Shown here: in pieces, positions 18,287 through 28,244 of the stretch
How the letters are laid out: each line of letters opens with the position of its first letter
Position numbering within the stretch: position 1 is the first letter of the stretch
Assembly (NCBI GenBank): GCA_016186795.1
Contig: JACPKY010000002.1
Location: forward strand, 350,748 to 414,747
Source of the DNA: Candidatus Gottesmanbacteria bacterium
GTDB lineage: Bacteria > Patescibacteriota > Microgenomatia > 2-02-FULL-39-11
Length of the DNA stretch: 64,000 nt
Direction: 5' to 3'
Notes under the pieces: generated by a model
What the model was told of the DNA's origin: nothing
Database searches by the model: none
What the model saw: only the letters and a program-made list of their open reading frames with translations
Program-made: the position numbers and the translations under genes

Positions 18287-21200
18287 TTATTGTGGTAATT
18301 TATTATCCGAAACAAGTTGGATAAGAACATACGTAGGGGTGAAATCGATGATCTTGTAATGCCGAAGCGTTAGATCGGGATTGGTTGCGTCGTTTATTAG
18401 TTCTTTCGTCAAATCGTCAAAGGCAACACTGACGTAATAATCTGCACCTTTCCCGATAAGCTCGTCAATTGAACCTTGAACAATCGGCCATCCAGCTCTT
18501 CGTGTTTGATATAAAAAGGCTGTATCTCCACCGTATGGTGCAATTACTAGTGCTTTGGTGGAGGTCTTTCGCTCCACGATACTCCCTGCTTCAACAATTT
18601 CAGGATGATTGATATTGTAGTAATCGCGTACGTGATACCAACCGAACATGAATGAAAAGACCAAAATAGCAAGAAGAATAACTATTCGTAAGACTCGTGA
18701 TATAAGTTTTGTTGGTATTTCAAAAAGAAAGACTATGCCTTTGGCAGCAAAAATAGAGATTATAGGTATTGTCAGTACTTGGTAATAATCATGCCGTACA
18801 TTTCCTGTTGCAAAAACAATAAGATACAAAAGAGTCCCAATTCCAAACCAATAGAGAAACCATCCTTCTTTTTTGGGCCGTGCCAATATACCGAAAAGAA
18901 GAAGCGGCAATCCCCAGTACCCGGCAATGAGTCGGACTAATCGGTCTGCAAAAATCCAATAAAAGAAAGCCCCCTTAAACCGAATTCCATCCCCATTCAA
19001 AAGCCACATACTTGCAGGAATCCCCTCGGGGAAATGGCTTATCCAATAGCGCCAGAAAAGAAAAGGCACACTAATAATTACAAAATACAACATAAGAATA
19101 AGAATTGATTTTTTCGTATATCCATAGGCTTTAAACCAAATGTATACAAGGGGCAAAAATAAAAAGAGGGCGTATGGTTTTACGAGGAGCGCTGAGGCGC
19201 AAAAGAGAACGCTTACAATAAATAGTAATCCTGCTTTGAGTATTACTCTATTTTCAAAAGACAGTAATGTTTTGAATGTCGATACCAACCGATCAAAGAA
19301 ATAGATACTTCCAAGTGTTGTAAATACAAGAAACGGCTCTGGAAGAATGACTCTACTGAAATAAATATTATAGGGAAGGAATCCGAAAATTATAACGGAA
19401 AGGAACGCCTCGACCCTTCCTACGTATTTTCGTATGAGTGCAAAAAGAAATACCATGCTCCCTAAAGAAGCAAAAATCGAAGTCAACCTTCCTGAAACCT
19501 CAATATTGTACCCAACGAAAATCTTATCAATAATAACTGCTGCAAAGTTATACAGTGGAAACTCAACAAAACGGTATCCTTTGGGATTATCTTGTCCGGA
19601 AGCTACGTTGGAAAGATCATCATATGTTGGATACAAGAGATTCACGCCGTATTTTACGAAATTTCTGGTAACTGCCGATGTATCTGCTTGTCGCCATGAA
19701 TGCCAATCTGCCAGAGGAGTATTAATCTTATACAAACGAGCGTACAGTGAAAATGCTAAGACGACTCCTAAGAGAAAAGTATCACTTTTTATCATTGTAA
19801 GAGTCTTTGTTCGTATAGTATTTACAGTATCGGCAAGACCAGGAACTTGTGGCATTCCAACCTTTTCCTTATTCTGAGTTTGAAGTAAACGAATACCTGC
19901 AACTATTATGCCGACAATTGCCCAATACATGAATGCTACTTTCGAGGATTCATAGACGTCAATATAGATTGCGTTTACCAAAAGCCCAGCAACAATCCCT
20001 CCTAATCCCGCAGCTCCAGCAAAAAGAACTGGATCTTTCATGATTGGAATATTTCTCCAAAGATAGAACAAAATGATGGCTTGAATACTAAAAAATGCAA
20101 GGAATCCTAATATTCCTGTTTCACCAAGAGCACGGAGATAATCATTATCTGTCGATTCTGCTTCTGTAAATTGGTTGAATTGAGTTTTATTGAGTGTTGA
20201 GTATCCGCTTCCAAGCACCGGATTTTTTTTAAAGCCTGCAATTGCCATAGGCCAAAGGGCATCAAAACGAATTGCAGTTGAAAGATCATAGGTAAACGCA
20301 GTTTTTGAGTATGTCCGAGGAACAGCTGAAAGAGTACCTCCAGTTGGAATCATGAGAGGAAAATCCTCATTGACGTCACTTGGACGAAGAGGAGTTGGCG
20401 GTTGATCGCTTGAAGACGTTATCTGTGATAACTGATCTTTCGGATTATTCACGAGAAAGACGGCTCGATTGTCGGGAGGTTTACCAAATGGAGATAATAC
20501 CAAAAGCTTGATACCACCTAATCGTTCCTCAATTTTAAGAAGTTTCGTAAACCGTTCAGACAAATCTCCAAATGAAAGCATGACAAATATCGAAAGTAAT
20601 AGGACAAAAATCCACCGTTTCATTGACCAAAAAAAACCTTTGCGAAACATCCAAAAGAAAAACATCATGGTAATTCCCGCAATGTACGCAAGAAAGGAAG
20701 TCCTTGATGCAGTAAGGATAAGTGTCCAAAATACAGCTGCAATTGCACCGAGGAGGGCAATTTTTCCCAAAACATGTTTAATCGAGAAAAAAAGACTCCA
20801 GAAAAGAATCAGTACCATCATGGTAAATGCCGCCAGATCATAATGGCCTCCAAATGTGGATAGCACGCGGGCATGCTGAGTAAGGTAGAGCATCCATCCT
20901 TTTGCAAACTCTCGGTTCATCGTGGAGAATGCTGGCCAGTAGAGGTATTTTTGACCAAACCCATAGAAGGCAACAGCCAGAGAGGTGATAATCAAAATGC
21001 CAAGGTATATTTTTAGAGTCTTCGTATTTTTGATAGATGAGTAAAACACAAAAAAGAGAGAGAAATACTCAATACGTCGAAGAAAATGTAATATAACTTT
21101 CTGAATATGTAGAAGCTCAAATGGAACGGTCCGAATGATAAATACGGCCGAAATAAGTGAGAGTAGTCCTATGGTCAAATACAATGCGATGGGTTTAGCG

Positions 21201-21427
21201 AGCGGATTTCCTCGTAGTTCGACTTTTTTCCGCCATAGAGAAATTAACCAGAGGATAAGGGTAACTGAAACAAAAAAATCCTCAAGTCTGACACGCACAA
21301 TATATCCCGGCAACACGTCAAACAACGGAAGCTTCGGATACAATGGTATAAAAATGAGAAGAAATCCGGCTAGAAGAGAGAGATGGTTATTGTCTAGCCA
21401 TTTCAAAAGCTTTCGCATAAAGACCAC
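18287..21427 (-). CDS. Fusion of an O-antigen-ligase (Wzy_C/WaaL)-like domain and an ArnT/PMT-like GT-C domain
   Basis: N-half: RVLSTFGGHYDL, LTASRTS, NPVLGSG and DNDYLRALGETGILG. C-half: DWHSWRQADT, EFPLY, SRVILPE, LVKP and HDYYQ. Many TM segments. Confidence 0.75.
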   Translation of the reverse strand: MVFMRKLLKWLDNNHLSLLAGFLLIFIPLYPKLPLFDVLPGYIVRVRLEDFFVSVTLILWLISLWRKKVELRGNPLAKPIALYLTIGLLSLISAVFIIRTVPFELLHIQKVILHFLRRIEYFSLFFVFYSSIKNTKTLKIYLGILIITSLAVAFYGFGQKYLYWPAFSTMNREFAKGWMLYLTQHARVLSTFGGHYDLAAFTMMVLILFWSLFFSIKHVLGKIALLGAIAAVFWTLILTASRTSFLAYIAGITMMFFFWMFRKGFFWSMKRWIFVLLLSIFVMLSFGDLSERFTKLLKIEERLGGIKLLVLSPFGKPPDNRAVFLVNNPKDQLSQITSSSDQPPTPLRPSDVNEDFPLMIPTGGTLSAVPRTYSKTAFTYDLSTAIRFDALWPMAIAGFKKNPVLGSGYSTLNKTQFNQFTEAESTDNDYLRALGETGILGFLAFFSIQAIILFYLWRNIPIMKDPVLFAGAAGLGGIVAGLLVNAIYIDVYESSKVAFMYWAIVGIIVAGIRLLQTQNKEKVGMPQVPGLADTVNTIRTKTLTMIKSDTFLLGVVLAFSLYARLYKINTPLADWHSWRQADTSAVTRNFVKYGVNLLYPTYDDLSNVASGQDNPKGYRFVEFPLYNFAAVIIDKIFVGYNIEVSGRLTSIFASLGSMVFLFALIRKYVGRVEAFLSVIIFGFLPYNIYFSRVILPEPFLVFTTLGSIYFFDRLVSTFKTLLSFENRVILKAGLLFIVSVLFCASALLVKPYALFLFLPLVYIWFKAYGYTKKSILILMLYFVIISVPFLFWRYWISHFPEGIPASMWLLNGDGIRFKGAFFYWIFADRLVRLIAGYWGLPLLLFGILARPKKEGWFLYWFGIGTLLYLIVFATGNVRHDYYQVLTIPIISIFAAKGIVFLFEIPTKLISRVLRIVILLAILVFSFMFGWYHVRDYYNINHPEIVEAGSIVERKTSTKALVIAPYGGDTAFLYQTRRAGWPIVQGSIDELIGKGADYYVSVAFDDLTKELINDATNPDLTLRHYKIIDFTPTYVLIQLVSDNKLPQ

Positions 21428-22328
21428 GACGCTTTGGGTATTTTCCGATTATACCAAATACAATAATGCGTAACAACGCTCCTAATGCTAGAATCATCCG
21501 AAGAATTATACGTCTTCCAAAAGAGTAGTGCTTTTTATATAGTGATAGAAGACCTTGAAATTCCTCTACAATTCCGCTCTCTCCCTTTTCTTTTGATGAA
21601 CCGCCTTTGTAGTGATAGAGAGGACTAGAAGAAGTGAAAAGCACTCTATACCCGGCTTTCCGTATGCGGTAACACCACTCAACTTCCTCTCCGTACATAA
21701 AGAAACGTTCATCCAAAGGTCCAACTGCATCAATCACGTCTCTTCGGATGCAAAAACATGCACCGCTCACCCAATCGACCAACGTATCTTTCTGATACAA
21801 AGATGTATCGGTTATATGATACGGTCGTATCAGACGTTGGATCCATGGAATATCATCCAAAAATAACATCCAGAGAACTACGCGCAAAAGTGTGGGAGAA
21901 AATCCGGCAGACGGTTGGATTGAGCCGTCTGCATTAAGAAGTTTTCCCCCTGTTACTGCAAGATGTTTGAGGTGGAAAAAGGGGGAGATGATATTTTTAA
22001 GTGTTGTGGGAAATACTTTTGTATCACTATTTAATAGAAGAATAAACTGTCCAGATGCCTTTTTTATCCCTTGATTATTTGCTTTGGCAAACCCGACATT
22101 TCTCGTGTTTTTAATAACTTGAACAAAAGGAAATCTTGTCCGAACCATCTTTATACTTCCATCTTTTGATGCGTTGTCAACAACAATAATCTCAATCGGT
22201 ACCCAGTTTTTCTTTTCGTACTCTTCTTTAAGCGAGAAAAGACAATCAGATAGAAGATTCCTCGTATTGTAGTTTACGATTATGACACTCAACGTAAGGA
22301 TCCCGGAAACGTAAGACTTCTTCTTCAT
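21387..22328 (-). CDS. GT2 glycosyltransferase (WbbL-like)
   Basis: SVIIVNYN, VDNASKDGS, GFAKANN, LLNSD, WVSGAC and FMYGEE motifs. Confidence 0.88.
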   Translation of the reverse strand: MKKKSYVSGILTLSVIIVNYNTRNLLSDCLFSLKEEYEKKNWVPIEIIVVDNASKDGSIKMVRTRFPFVQVIKNTRNVGFAKANNQGIKKASGQFILLLNSDTKVFPTTLKNIISPFFHLKHLAVTGGKLLNADGSIQPSAGFSPTLLRVVLWMLFLDDIPWIQRLIRPYHITDTSLYQKDTLVDWVSGACFCIRRDVIDAVGPLDERFFMYGEEVEWCYRIRKAGYRVLFTSSSPLYHYKGGSSKEKGESGIVEEFQGLLSLYKKHYSFGRRIILRMILALGALLRIIVFGIIGKYPKRRGLYAKAFEMARQ

Positions 22329-22351
22329 ACAAAGGGGCAGGATTTAGGCGA

Positions 22352-22954
22352 TTACTGAAAGAGTCTTGCTCGGCCTATTCGGTAGTTGGGTTTTGATAAT
22401 TTCCTCTCTCCAATTTTTTCGGCTGGAACACCAGCAACAATAGTAAAAGGATCTACATCTTTTGTTACAACAGCTCCAGCTGCAACGACAGCACCAATCC
22501 CAATATGAACTCCTGGAAGGATCGTAACTCTCGGACCAATAAATACATAGTTGGAAATATTGACTTCTCCATACTCAACAGCGAAATCTTGACTATGAAT
22601 ATCGTGTTGCGAGTTGTATATCAAAACTTGCGAAGAAATAGCAACGTGACTACCAATAATTAATCGCGCTCGACCATCGAGAAATGCGTGGTCTCCGACA
22701 ATTGTATCTTCTCCAATCGTTATTCCTCCTGGTTGATAAAAGTTAGCAAACATATGAATGGTTGAGCTTTTTCCAATTTTAATACCGACCAAACGATACA
22801 GAAGTCTCCTCACCCAATGAATGGGAATATGCCCAACAAATCGCAATATCATAAGCTCAAAATCAAGGAAAATATTAAACACTCGAGTGATAAACTTTCC
22901 CATGGCTTGATTTACCGTGAGCGGTTTCCCCATTCTATCTCGTATTACTACCAT
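22352..22954 (-). CDS. Hexapeptide-repeat (LbH) sugar O-acyltransferase
   Basis: ITIGEDTIVG, VFIGPRVTILPGV, AAGAVVTKDV and GVPA motifs; ATG 22954 has TAGAAT 8 nt upstream. Confidence 0.85.
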   Translation of the reverse strand: MVVIRDRMGKPLTVNQAMGKFITRVFNIFLDFELMILRFVGHIPIHWVRRLLYRLVGIKIGKSSTIHMFANFYQPGGITIGEDTIVGDHAFLDGRARLIIGSHVAISSQVLIYNSQHDIHSQDFAVEYGEVNISNYVFIGPRVTILPGVHIGIGAVVAAGAVVTKDVDPFTIVAGVPAEKIGERKLSKPNYRIGRARLFQ

Positions 22955-22987
22955 AGAGGGAAATTCTACTTTATATATCAAAATATA

Positions 22988-24118
22988 TCAAATATGTACA
23001 TTTTCTAGGACTTTTAGCGTTTGCTTCGCACATTGACCCCAATCGAAGCGTTTCACCTCCTCTAACCCTCGTCTTATCATTATATCTCGGAAGTTTCTCT
23101 CTGCCATAACTTTTGAGAGTCCCTCGGCAATACTTTCGGATTGTAAGGGATCTACCAAAACCCCAGCGTTTCCGACAATTTCGGGAAGAGATGTCGTTTT
23201 ACTTACAACAACAGGGCATCCACAAGCCATAGCTTCAATAGCGGGTATACCAAATCCTTCGTAGAGACTAGGTAAGACAAAACACTGGGCACCACGGTAT
23301 AATACCGAAAGAATTGAGTTGGAAACGTAGTTGAGCCAAATGATCCTGTTTTTTAGAGGTGATCTTCCTATTTTTTCAAAAATTGGCTCGGTAAGCCAAC
23401 CTTTTTTTCCTACAAGAACAAGTGATATATCATGTTCTTTTTGAATTGTTTCAAACGCATCAAGAAGTTTTGTGATGTTTTTTCTTGGCTGTATCGTCCC
23501 GACAAAGAGGATATATCGGCCACGAATTCCAAGACGTTTTATAAGATCTTGGTCTTTTGTTTTGAGTCTATCTTTGCGGAAACTTTTTTTATCATACCCT
23601 GGGTAGGTAACAACAACTCGATCGGGAGAAACTTTATACGCATCAATGATAGAATTTCGTGAGAAGTGACTAATCGTAAGAATAGAAACAGCTTTTTTCA
23701 CAGAATATGCTGTCCACTCTTTTAATTGATATAGATCTTTTTTTCGGAAAAGTTCTGGAAAGAAGAGAAATGATACGTCCATAATAGACATAACGTGAGG
23801 AAGTGGGGAGAATCGAGGTACATAATGAGAGGGACTAAAAAATACATCTATCTTATCTCTTGAAAGATATAGCTCCAGTGGTAAAGCTATTTGAGTCCAT
23901 AATTTTGATGGTCCAAAAACTTTATATCTCCAAAAATCGGAAATTTTCGGCAAATCGGGAGATGGAGCGTTCTTAAGATATACAATATAGCGATTGGTGG
24001 GCTTATTTATCCTTCTCCTTTCAAGATCATTCAGGTGAGAAAGAAGTTGATATGCATATTGTCCAATTCCAACACGCTCTTTCGTATTCGCCTCGTTTCC
24101 ATCGATACCGATTGTCAT
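22988..24118 (-). CDS. GT4 glycosyltransferase (MtfB-like)
   Basis: IGIDGNEAN, GTIQPRKN and PSLYEGFGIPAIEAMACG motifs. Confidence 0.9.
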   Translation of the reverse strand: MTIGIDGNEANTKERVGIGQYAYQLLSHLNDLERRRINKPTNRYIVYLKNAPSPDLPKISDFWRYKVFGPSKLWTQIALPLELYLSRDKIDVFFSPSHYVPRFSPLPHVMSIMDVSFLFFPELFRKKDLYQLKEWTAYSVKKAVSILTISHFSRNSIIDAYKVSPDRVVVTYPGYDKKSFRKDRLKTKDQDLIKRLGIRGRYILFVGTIQPRKNITKLLDAFETIQKEHDISLVLVGKKGWLTEPIFEKIGRSPLKNRIIWLNYVSNSILSVLYRGAQCFVLPSLYEGFGIPAIEAMACGCPVVVSKTTSLPEIVGNAGVLVDPLQSESIAEGLSKVMAERNFRDIMIRRGLEEVKRFDWGQCAKQTLKVLENVHI

Positions 24119-25257
24119 ATCTGACGTTTTCCAATCATTTCGTATAAGTGAATAACTTTTCGTGCATGACTATTCCAGTTAAAACGGGCTACATATCCTG
24201 AAGTATCTTTAATAAGATTTGTCCGTAAATCACTATCTACGATTAACTGAACTAGTTTTTGAGAGATCTCAACAGAGTCTGTGGGGTCAATGATAAGTGC
24301 GTGGTCTTTTACCAACTCCTTGAGACTTCCTCGATTTGAAGCAATAACAGGACACCCACAGGCCATGGCCTCAAGAATCGGCAGTCCAAAACCCTCATAA
24401 AGGGAGGGATAGACAAATACCCGTGCGCCACTAAAGAGAGCCGGTAAATCTCTTTGTTCAACGAAACCAAGAGTACGGACGTATTTTGAAGAAGAAATTT
24501 TTTCTCCCCAGCCAGGATTTCCTACAATAACGAGCTCAAGAGGCTTTCGCATTGCCTTTATAAGTGGATGTCTCTCAAATTCCAGAAACGCGGCGATGAG
24601 TGTTTTGAGATTCTTTCGCGGTTCAACAATGCCGACACTCAAAACATAATCGTCAAAAAGCGAATATTTTTGCTTTACTCGTTCTATTTCCTGCTTTGAC
24701 TGCGGTTGAAAGTCATTCGATACTCCCGGATAGATAACATGCACAATGGTATCAGAAACTTTCAAGATACGGGTAATATCTTCTTTTGTACTATATGAAT
24801 CTGAAATAATACAGTCCACCTCTTTTTGCACCCATCCCAGTCTTTTTTTTTGCGTGTCAACAATATATTGACTTGAAGTCTCTGGGTATTTGAGCGGAAT
24901 AACATCATGTACTGTCGTTATTTTCACTGCTTTTGTTGGCGGTTGAATCCAGTCTGATGAGTGAAAGATGTCAATATCGGGAAGAAAAATATCAACCGGG
25001 AGTATGTGGAGAGAGTTCCATACAAAATTAATAACACTTGGCGGAAGGAAAATAAATTTTTTAGAAACTCCGTTATGAATCTTTTTCATCTCGGAATGAA
25101 ATTGTTCAAGTATATTCATCTGATGAAAAGCCACACCAAAGAGGATATACTCGTTTTTCTTATCAACAGATAGAAGCGATGAAATAAGGTTCCGCGTATA
25201 CGTAGCGACGCCACTTCCTTGATATACAATTTGTGAAATATCAATTGCGATTTTCAT
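24115..25257 (-). CDS. GT4 glycosyltransferase (MtfB-like)
   Basis: IAIDIS, GVATY, TVHD, EPRKNL and PSLYEGFGLPILEAMACG motifs. Confidence 0.9.
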   Translation of the reverse strand: MKIAIDISQIVYQGSGVATYTRNLISSLLSVDKKNEYILFGVAFHQMNILEQFHSEMKKIHNGVSKKFIFLPPSVINFVWNSLHILPVDIFLPDIDIFHSSDWIQPPTKAVKITTVHDVIPLKYPETSSQYIVDTQKKRLGWVQKEVDCIISDSYSTKEDITRILKVSDTIVHVIYPGVSNDFQPQSKQEIERVKQKYSLFDDYVLSVGIVEPRKNLKTLIAAFLEFERHPLIKAMRKPLELVIVGNPGWGEKISSSKYVRTLGFVEQRDLPALFSGARVFVYPSLYEGFGLPILEAMACGCPVIASNRGSLKELVKDHALIIDPTDSVEISQKLVQLIVDSDLRTNLIKDTSGYVARFNWNSHARKVIHLYEMIGKRQI

Positions 25258-25993
25258 AGAAGAATTCAAGTTGAAAAATCTGTCTGTATGTGGGTCCCCT
25301 TGTGATCATAAGAAGAGGCAGGAAAAAAAGCAAAATTTTCCGAAAAAATATATCCACAAAAAAACTTCTTGTCATCCACCCCTGCATAAGAAAATAACGA
25401 ATGCGAAAATCCTCATTCCCAAAAATAGAGATTGTAAATGGAATATGTTTCTTTTTTGCATATCGTCTCAAACGGGCAACAAAATCAGATTGTTCCGGAA
25501 GACCATATTTTACCTGTTCTTCTAAAAAAAAGTACGATCTGCCAAATTTCTCCTGATACTTTTTATCAAGAAGTACATCTTGTTGGTAAGATCTCCTCCC
25601 ACAAGGTACTGCAAGAATGATTTTGTACTTTCCAACTCGAACTAACTCTTTAATCACCCGATCTCGAGAAGAGGGAAGGATATGCTCAAGAGCATCAATG
25701 CTAATTACAACATCAAACGCATTATCTGAAAAAGGGAGGTTTGTAGCATTTGCCACAACTTGTTGTAGTAATTTATGAAATGGTGGAGAAAAATGCGTAT
25801 CGACGCCTACCACCTTCCGCTTTAAGTATGGAGCAATACCTAGTCCTCCTGACCCAACCTCCAAAACTGAAACATTGTCTCCAAGAATTTTTATTTTTTC
25901 CACAATTGGAAGATACCGGATAGCAACTTCTGGATGCCAACGAGAGAAATGCCCGAAGTTGGCAAAAACGCCCGCAATATCAGATTTTTTCAT
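25241..25993 (-). CDS. Class I SAM-dependent methyltransferase
   Basis: VLEVGSG and LPFSDNAFDVVISIDALEH motifs. Confidence 0.82.
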   Translation of the reverse strand: MKKSDIAGVFANFGHFSRWHPEVAIRYLPIVEKIKILGDNVSVLEVGSGGLGIAPYLKRKVVGVDTHFSPPFHKLLQQVVANATNLPFSDNAFDVVISIDALEHILPSSRDRVIKELVRVGKYKIILAVPCGRRSYQQDVLLDKKYQEKFGRSYFFLEEQVKYGLPEQSDFVARLRRYAKKKHIPFTISIFGNEDFRIRYFLMQGWMTRSFFVDIFFRKILLFFLPLLMITRGPTYRQIFQLEFFYENRN

Positions 25994-27377
25994 ACCGATA
26001 AATAAACCCAACTCCAGGAAAATCTCGAATCTCCTTCTCCTCGTATGAGTGAGTAGAAAGATATAATCGTATCATACCCTTCTGGTCCGTAAGTCCTGTA
26101 AGATACTGAAAAAAATACACAGTATTCTTTCCAGAAATTTTCTCCTCCAATATGAGAAGATCGTCGTCACTAACAATAAATGATGGAGCGATTCCAAAAG
26201 ATGGAGAATTACCTTTGTAGTACCAAAGATAAGGGGCAAATGGACTGGGAAATGCAAATAAGACTACGCTTTTTGGGGTTTCTGTTTTTTCAATAAATGA
26301 AATTGCTGCTCTCCAATTTTCTCTTTGAACATAGGAATTAGTATAGTATTGCCAAAGTCCGATGGCGCTCGTTGTAACGATAATTAAGATTCCCAAAATT
26401 AATAATCGGAAACGCAACTTTAGTATCCAGGTTGCAAGAATCAGATAAAAGAGTGGAAGTAAAAAGAGAAGTCGTTGTGGAGCAACAACTGGTATGAATG
26501 CGTTTGCTATTACGGCAGCAACAAATGGAGTAAAGAAAAGAGAAAGTAAGATTTTTCCACTCTTTTCTCTCCAAAACGTAAGACAACTTATGATAAAAAG
26601 CGCCATTTCAGGAATGAGAACAAGTGATGCGCTTATATTGTTTGAGACTGTTATCTTGCCAAGAATAAATTTCGCAAATGTTGAAGGAATTAACGAAACA
26701 TTTGCAACAGAAACAACACTCGTCCATCCATGGAATTGTCCTCCCAAACCCACTCTTAATTGTTGAGCAAAAAACGGAATCCACGCCCAAAAAATAATTG
26801 CAGCTATAGTTAATGCGATTATAATATTTTTGATATCTTTTCTTTGGAAAAAAAGAATATAGAAAAGATGTGATAAAAAGACAAAAAACGTAAAGTAGTT
26901 AGTTAAAATCGCAAAAATTCCCAAAATTGTGTACCAAAACCACCGGCTTTTTAATATTAAATATGTTGCAAAAAGAGAAAGAAAAACAAAAAGCATGTAA
27001 GGACGAGCTTCTTGTGAATACCATACATGATAGGAAGAAACGGTAAGAAAGAGGCTTGCTAAAACTCCTGTTCGTTTATTTGCAAGACGTGTACCGATCA
27101 GATAGGTCATCACAATTGAACCCAGTGAAAAAATTACACTCGGGAGTCGAATCCAGACTTCGGAAGACCCACCAAGGAGCCAAAAATGAAGAAAAAGATG
27201 GTAAAAGGGTGGATGAAAATCGGCTGCAATATCAAATTGCTGCCAAAATGGTCGTGATGATTCTATAACTTGGGCTGCCTCGTCAAGCCATAAGCTTTGA
27301 TTTAACGTAATGAGACGAAGAAATAAAGCTAAAAGTAGAATACTAAATAGAATTCTATTTTTCATGAAATAGTTCAT
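25980..27377 (-). CDS. GT-C glycosyltransferase (PMT_2/GT39-like)
   Basis: SLWLDEA, DFHPPFY, RLPS and YSQEARPY motifs; polytopic membrane protein. Confidence 0.85.
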   Translation of the reverse strand: MNYFMKNRILFSILLLALFLRLITLNQSLWLDEAAQVIESSRPFWQQFDIAADFHPPFYHLFLHFWLLGGSSEVWIRLPSVIFSLGSIVMTYLIGTRLANKRTGVLASLFLTVSSYHVWYSQEARPYMLFVFLSLFATYLILKSRWFWYTILGIFAILTNYFTFFVFLSHLFYILFFQRKDIKNIIIALTIAAIIFWAWIPFFAQQLRVGLGGQFHGWTSVVSVANVSLIPSTFAKFILGKITVSNNISASLVLIPEMALFIISCLTFWREKSGKILLSLFFTPFVAAVIANAFIPVVAPQRLLFLLPLFYLILATWILKLRFRLLILGILIIVTTSAIGLWQYYTNSYVQRENWRAAISFIEKTETPKSVVLFAFPSPFAPYLWYYKGNSPSFGIAPSFIVSDDDLLILEEKISGKNTVYFFQYLTGLTDQKGMIRLYLSTHSYEEKEIRDFPGVGFIYRYEKI

Positions 27378-27380
27378 AGG

Positions 27381-28244
27381 TTATCTTTTATATTTCACTT
27401 CTCCAAATACCGAACCAACTATACTTTGTATTACAGCAATAGAATATATCAGTTGAAAGGGAATCTGATAGAAATGACGGAATTTGACCCCAAGTATAAC
27501 TCCATTGAAAACCTGAAAAAGCGGATTATACCTTATCAGATTGAAAATAATTCGGGGAAATGAACCCGTTATAAATTCGTTTTTTCCAATCCACCGTGCT
27601 TGAGCGTATACCTCCAAAATAGATGAAGGATTTTTATGGTAACAAACTGCAGTAGTTACAGAAGCTAAATATCCCAACTTACGAGATAATGTCCAATCAT
27701 CTGTAAATCCGATATCATCAAATCCACCAACTTTTCTAAACTCCATTGTTTTAATTGCACGAAATACTGGAGATTTATCCGGGTAGTCCTGGGGAATTCG
27801 TCTTTTTGATGATATTCCTTCGTTATAATTCCATGAGCGTGCCCATGGATTATTCCAATTTTCTACGTATTCAGCCTTGGTAAAGGTACCTCTACTTTTT
27901 TGCCCTCGGATTGGTTTTGTCAGCTCATCAACAAAATTTTGAGCAAATATCATATCACCATCAACAAATACGAGAATTTCTCCCGAAGCTCTTGATACGC
28001 CTAAGTTTCTAGCCTTTGCAGTTCCCTGGTGAGATGACTGGAGAAAAATGATTTTGGCAAGCATACCTTTCTCATCTAAATACTTTTGAATTATCTTTTG
28101 ACTATTATCACTTGAGCCATCATCCACAAGAATAATTTCTAACGGCTTATACGTTTGGCTTTCCAATGATGAAAGACAAAATTTTATGGATTTTTCTTCG
28201 TTATATACCGGAATTACAATAGAAATAAGGAGGTTAGATTTCAT
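27381..28244 (-). CDS. GT2 glycosyltransferase with hydrophobic C-terminus
   Basis: SIVIPVYNEE, VDDGSSD, ARNLG, FVDGD and GGFD motifs. Confidence 0.85.
   Translation of the reverse strand: MKSNLLISIVIPVYNEEKSIKFCLSSLESQTYKPLEIILVDDGSSDNSQKIIQKYLDEKGMLAKIIFLQSSHQGTAKARNLGVSRASGEILVFVDGDMIFAQNFVDELTKPIRGQKSRGTFTKAEYVENWNNPWARSWNYNEGISSKRRIPQDYPDKSPVFRAIKTMEFRKVGGFDDIGFTDDWTLSRKLGYLASVTTAVCYHKNPSSILEVYAQARWIGKNEFITGSFPRIIFNLIRYNPLFQVFNGVILGVKFRHFYQIPFQLIYSIAVIQSIVGSVFGEVKYKR

Noticed and set aside
19434-21473. Several 110-150-aa plus-strand ORFs (also 4675-5112 and 39514-39936)
   Set aside because: Antisense shadows of well-supported minus-strand genes
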